Assembly (NCBI GenBank): GCA_963663805.2
Contig: CAXXMR010000011.1
Location: 32,001-96,000 of the forward strand
Direction of reading: 5' to 3'
DNA length: 64,000 nt
Origin: Sedimentisphaerales bacterium
Lineage (GTDB): Bacteria > Planctomycetota > Phycisphaerae > Sedimentisphaerales > SM23-30
Part shown: piece after piece, positions 58,930 to 64,000 of the stretch
How the letters are laid out: the number at the start of each line of letters is the position of its first letter
Position numbering within the stretch: position 1 is the stretch's first letter
Notes under the pieces: generated by a model
What the model was told of the DNA's origin: nothing
Database searches by the model: none
Seen by the model: the letters and a program-made list of their open reading frames with translations, nothing else
Made by a program: the position numbers and the translations under genes

Positions 58930-58944
58930 GAAAGGAACACAGTT

Positions 58945-59724
58945 ATGGCATTAGCAGCAGTAATCAATCAGGAAGCGTTCGATAGTCTTAACGAGTCTAT
59001 CAAGTCGGAGTACAAAAAGCAGGATGACGGGAAGTTTATTCTGGATGTCACTCCGGTTAATGATTTTGCCCTCGAGAACGTCAGCGGCCTTAAATCGGCT
59101 CTAAGTGCGGAGCGTGCGAAAGTCGGAGATTTGCAAGGCAAATTGACTGCGTTTGAGGGAATCGATGCAGGCAAGGCGAAGGATGCACTCAAGAAAGTTG
59201 AGGACATGGTGAATTGGAAGTCCGACGATAAGGTAAAAGAGCAAATCGAGCTTATCAAAAAGCAATTGTCTGAAAAGCACGCAGGGGAACTGGGTGCAAA
59301 GGATGAAACCCTGAAAAAGCACGTTGCTCAGCTGGAGAAAGTACTGGTTGAAGCTGAGGCTGTTAAAGCGTTAGCTGAGGCCAAAGGCAACACAGCTTTG
59401 CTACTGCCTCATGTCAAGGCCCGCTACTCGCATGAAACAAACCGACAAAGGCGAGTATCTGGTAGAAGTTGTGGACGAAAACGGCAACGCAAGATTAAGC
59501 CCTGCGGCTGGTGTCGACGGCCAATATGAGCATAAAAGAGCTTGTGGCCCAGATGAAAACCAGCGAGACATTTGCAGCAGCTTTTGAAGGTTCCGGTGCA
59601 AGTGGTAGTGGTGCCAAGGGTAGCGGTAGTCCTAGTGGAACTAATACGATTAGTGCTAATGACCCAAGCCGCAATCGAGAGTAACATCGAAAAGATTGCC
59701 AGCGGCGAAATTACGATTGTTTAA
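58945..59724 (+). CDS. Capsid scaffolding protein, frameshifted
   Basis: EYKKQDDGKFILDV..GLKSALSAER coiled coil, LLLPHV, C-terminal FEGSGASGSG; precedes the capsid gene. Confidence 0.75.
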
Positions 59725-59775
59725 GTATAAGAAACAGAAAAACACAAACCTTAATATTTTAGGAGAACTTAAAAA

Positions 59776-60948
59776 ATGGCGAATACTTTAACTAACATTA
59801 TGACCACTATTCCTCGCACGGGCAATTATGACTTTGCGTGAAAGCTGTTTGATGCCCGCAGCTGGTCAACACCGGCTATTCAATGGATGCAAAGCAGAAG
59901 GGTCAAACCGGTAGATATTTCTGCGTCTGTGGCTCAGGAGGTTTATGACGTGTCACCTACCGCGGCCCCGAAAACGCCTTGCGGACAAGGCTCCGACCTT
60001 GCTTCAGATAACGTTGAACAAGTGGAAGGGAACTAACTTCCATCTGACCGATCAGGAGCGTACCCGGATTATGAAGGAAAAGAATTTCATTCCCGGCCAA
60101 ACTGCCGAAGCGATGCGTGCCTTGGCTAATCAGGTCAATGCTGACCTGCTGAGCGAGTACCATTGGCGTTTTTGGTTATGTCGGCACTGCTGGCGCCACA
60201 CCGTTTAGCAATTCCACTGACAGAACAGCGACCAAGGATGCTACCAAGGTTGTAGCCGTACTTGATGACCAGCTTTGCCCCCGAATAGGCCGGAGTGCCG
60301 TCATCGGACAACGGTTGCTGAAGCTGAGGCATTGGCTTTGCCCCAATTTTCGCATGCGGAAAAGGCGGGCAGTTCCAACATTATCGACACTGCCAACATC
60401 GGTAACAAATACGGAATCGGCTGGTATGTCGAAAACGCCATCAGTAAACATACTGCTGGCACAATCACCACTGGCTTGATTGCCAAGGCTTCGACCGATC
60501 AGGCTGTTGGTGACAAGACTATTGTTTTGCACTACGGCGGCAAGCACTGGGGCTTGCGCCTTGAAAAAGGGTGATATTATCACCTTTGCCGGTGACACCC
60601 AGACTTACGTTGTGACCGCAGATGCGACTCAGGCATCTGCAGCAACTGACGTTACGGTCAACATTGAGCCGGGCCTGAAAATAGCCCTTGAAGGCTCTGA
60701 GGCGGTGACTGTCAAAGCCACACATACCGTCAACCTGGCTTTCCACAAGGAAGCTATTGCATTGGCTACGGCACCGTTTGAAAAGGATTTCAATCCGAAT
60801 CCTTCGGTGTTCATGCGTGACCCGGTAACCGGCTTGGTAATCCGGCTCGAAGTTGTTCGTCAGAACAAACAAACCATGTGGGAGTTTGATGTGCTGTATG
60901 GTACCAAACTCGTAAGACCTGAATAACGCTTGCCGACTGGCAGGCTAA
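59776..60948 (+). CDS. Major capsid protein (P22-coat-like), multiple indels
   Basis: MANTLTNIM; ALANQVNADL; LKKGDIITFAG; NLAFHKEAIALAT; FDVLYGTKLVRPE; AGGAG RBS. Confidence 0.85.
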
Positions 60949-60967
60949 ACAGGGTAAGGCAATTTAT

Positions 60968-60999
60968 TGCACTGGGCAGTTAAAACGCTGTCCAGTGCA
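60968..60999 (+). terminator. Hairpin after the major capsid gene
   Basis: TGCACTGGGCAG-loop-CTGTCCAGTGCA followed by an AT-rich tract. Confidence 0.55.
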
Positions 61000-61034
61000 T
61001 AACCTTTATTTTCAATTCTAGGAAGACAAAAAAA

Positions 61035-61314
61035 ATGGCAAAAATTGGAACAGTCGAAATTGTTGGTCCTGCAGGTCGGGTAGTTGTTAACGAATCCGAT
61101 TTGAAGGAATGGCAGGACAAAGGCTATAAGCTCTTGGACGACAAAGGCGACGAAGCTGAGGAAGGCATAGAGCTTTCTGATATGACCGTTGCGCAGCTTA
61201 AACAGTTTGCCAAGGACAACGAGATTGGACCTGGGCGATGTAACCTTAAAGGCTGACATTCTCGCTGTAATCGAATCGGCCTTGGAAGACGAAGGCGACG
61301 AAACTGAGGAGTAA
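61035..61314 (+). CDS. Small head-associated protein with SAP/Rho-N-like motif (frameshifted)
   Basis: LSDMTVAQLKQFAKDNEI...LKADILAVI. Confidence 0.65.
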
Positions 61315-61319
61315 AGCTG

Positions 61320-61836
61320 ATGGCTTTAATCGTGGAAACTGGGTACTGGGCTGTCGAACGCAAATAGTTATCTCTCCGTAGAGGGTGCAGACACTTATCA
61401 CGCTGACCCACAGCGGGGTCTACCGACTGGTCGGGTGCAATTCAGGCAAATAAAGAGAGGGCCTTGCGTTTGGCAACTCAGTTACCTTGATGTGAGATAC
61501 GGTGAACGTTTTGAGGGTTATAAGGGTAGCAGTACTCAGGCTCTTTACTGGCCCCGTAATGGGGTCTATTGTGACGGTTACTATTGCCTGCCCGACGAAA
61601 TACCCCAAAGGCTTAAAAACGCCTGTGCAGAGCTTGCCTTGCGTGTTGTTCAGGGTGATACGCTATTAGGTGATATTGATGAACCCGGCTCTGTCAAGTC
61701 TGAGAGCGTGAAGGTCGGCCCCATCACCGAATCCAAGGAATATATGGGCGGTAAATCCCAGGCTAAGAAATACCCGATTGTCGAATCACTTTTGAAGGTT
61801 TTGGTTCGGTCGGCGGATATAGTGGAGCGTGGCTAA
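61320..61836 (+). CDS. DnaT-like head-tail adaptor protein (frameshifted)
   Basis: MALIVE.GTG...ANSY; QALYWPRNGV; IPQRLKNACAELAL; VKVGPI..EY. Confidence 0.78.
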
Positions 61837-61837
61837 A

Positions 61838-63856
61838 ATGACACTTGGTATTCATCACAATTCCTTGGCGGGCTACGAATCGGCTGAGCATATCAACTGG
61901 ACGGCGGCGACTGAAGATTTAAGCACAACCGGCACGGGCACCTTTGGCAACGCTCTGCATATCTCAGGTGAGTACGCCGAATTGTACATGGCCAGTACCA
62001 ATCAAGGCGAATACACCGGTGCCGCCCGGCTAATGTTTATGTCGGAGGGAATGTCTGGGCAACCCGCCGATACCAAAGGTTTCGCTATAAATAACCAGAA
62101 TGGCAGTTCTGGCCGCCAAGAAAATAAAATAACGATTCAGAGTCGTAATGATGACGGCAGTTATAAGAATGTCCTGTTTGAAGCATTTCAGGATTCAATG
62201 GAATTTTACTTGTATGGGTCAGACGAACATAAAAGGTAATCTACTCCCATATACAGATAATGCCTATGATTTAGGCAGTGCCTCCAAAGAATGGCGAAAC
62301 TTATATGTCGATGGCAGCGCGTATCTGGATGTTGCATATGCAGATAATCTGTCTGCTACATCATTCTGTTTTAGGCTCATATTATGATGAATATTCTGAT
62401 AATTTTGTCAATTTAATCCGTTCTTCGTACGATGAATTGTACTTCGGCAACGAGTACGCCGAAATAAATCCAACGGTGTACGACTATGCCAGCTGGAGCC
62501 ATCTCAATACACATGTTTTTGCGGCTGATGCATATTTTCAAGTTAATGTAAGATTAAGAGATTACAGCTATCTGTATTTTGGAACTGGCAGCGATGCTAG
62601 AATCTATTACGACGGGACGAATCTAATAATCGACCCAAAATATACGGGCACTGGACGTTTATCGGTAGAAGGTCTATTGTGGTTGAAGGATGAGAATACT
62701 GAGTACAATGGTTATCATGTGGGGGTGCATAACGAATTTTCTACCAACCATCTGCAAATAGTGCTGGTCAACATACCGGCATGTCACTGGGTAACTATTT
62801 CAAGAGTGCGTACAATTTAACGGCAAATTATGGTTTTCGTGCCATCAACTTTTTTTGTGATTTCTACTCGAATACTGCCAGCGGTGATATTACGAGTGCT
62901 GTTAGTAGTCATGCGGTACTATTAGAGCAATCATCTAAGTATACTGGTACGATTACCGATTATTATAGTTATCTCGGACGCAGCGTAGCTACCGGTCAGA
63001 TTGACATTACCAACTTTCACGGTTATTACCATGGGGAGATCAACCGGCCCGGAGCAGACTATAATTATGGTCTGCAGTCTGGAGAATGTCACCGGTGGCA
63101 CGAACAATTACGCGATTAAAAACCGGCACCGGCGATATAAATCTGGGCGGTGGGATTGTGGCTTCGGGAACCGAGGCTATCGGCACTTATCCAACTGGGG
63201 CGGGGACACGGCTGATGTGGATACCGGATAAGGCGGCATTTCGGGCGGGGGGTGGTTACGGGATACGATGTGGGATTATGCCAATGTTGGCATATATAGT
63301 GTTGCTTTCGGTCATAACGCCAAGAGTTCCGGCTATGCGGCCATAACTGCCGGTTATGACTGTGAAGCCTCTGGTGATGATTCCATCGCCTTAGGTTATA
63401 AATGCAAGGCAAACAGGTTTGGGGGCTTTAGCGGTTGGCTGGGAATGTCATAGCTATGGTGATTTTAGTATGGCTCTGGGGAAGTTTATGAAATTGGATA
63501 CTACGGCTGATTACAGTCTAGTTTTTGGTTACAACGATAGCAGTTATATCACTTATACGCAGGCCAGAACGGTTTATCTTTATAACGTTGACCTCTGGCT
63601 GGACGGTGATAAAACAATCTCGCTGGGGGCTTCTCAGGACGCTGAAATCGGTTTCGATGGTGATTATTTATTTTTGGACCCAAAATCGTCCAGCGGCTTG
63701 AAAGTAGGGACCGCTGCGACTGATTTGGTGGGATTTTACGGAGTGGCGCCGGTTGACCAACCGGCGACGGTTTCTGACCCGACTGATTTGGCTACGTGTA
63801 TAACGTCGGTGTCGGCTCTTATAGACAGATTACAGGAATTAGGACTAATAGCTTAA
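61838..63856 (+). CDS. Virion fibre/decoration-like protein, split by several indels
   Basis: HNSLAGY..EHINW; YDLGS...W..LY; GAGTRLMWIPDKAAFRAG followed by YadA-like A.G repeats; C-terminus VGFYGVAPVDQP...LQELGLIA. Confidence 0.6.
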
Positions 63857-63869
63857 CAGGAGTTATTTT

Positions 63870-64000
63870 ATGGGCTTGAACAAAAAGTTTTATCGAAAGA
63901 CGGGGCAAACTTACAATTATCAACAAAATCGGCAGTATCGAAATTGATGAGGTTGATAGTCGGGCAATTGCCACGATGTACAATTACGCCTCGAAAGATT
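63870..64000 (+). CDS. Phage hypothetical protein, truncated by the window end
   Basis: CAGGAG RBS then ATG at 63870. Confidence 0.45.

Larger units (their letters stand above)
29842..64000. mobile_element. Prophage (tailed dsDNA phage), left arm; continues beyond the window
   Basis: att site followed by regulator, recombination, replication, methylase, terminase, portal and head modules in phage order. Confidence 0.95.

Noticed and set aside
57766..63856. Programmed frameshifting or stop-codon reassignment in the phage
   Set aside because: The breaks are scattered indels, not in-frame stops of one type; intact phage genes use standard stops; host genes show the same errors.

Overview
The window has two parts. 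(1) 1-29.8 kb is host chromosome of what looks like an anaerobic planctomycete (Phycisphaerae/Sedimentisphaerales-like, inferred from PEP-CTERM proteins, single dockerin-like C-terminal tails, DUF1559-type prepilins and Tat-exported sulfatases). It carries transketolase and two LacI-associated polysaccharide-utilisation-like clusters: GH5, three sulfatases, a sialidase/BNR-LamG protein, GH130, a DHDPS-family aldolase, a UroD/MtaA-family protein and an FG-GAP protein. In both clusters a PEP-CTERM protein sits next to a dockerin-tailed paralog and a prepilin-type gene. (2) 29.84 kb to the window end is a prophage whose left boundary is the duplicated 3' half of a tRNA-Lys(CTT) on the minus strand. 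It carries leftward accessory genes (three related lipoproteins, dinD), a divergent pair of small ribbon-helix-helix-like regulators, recombination and replication genes, a tRNA-like element, two DNA methyltransferase-like genes, a ParB + radical SAM pair directly before the terminase, and head genes. No integrase, tail tube, tape measure or endolysin is visible in the window; they probably lie beyond 64 kb. Many single-base indels at 1-3.5 kb and 57.8-64 kb look like long-read errors. All product calls come from motif recognition by eye, not database searches.
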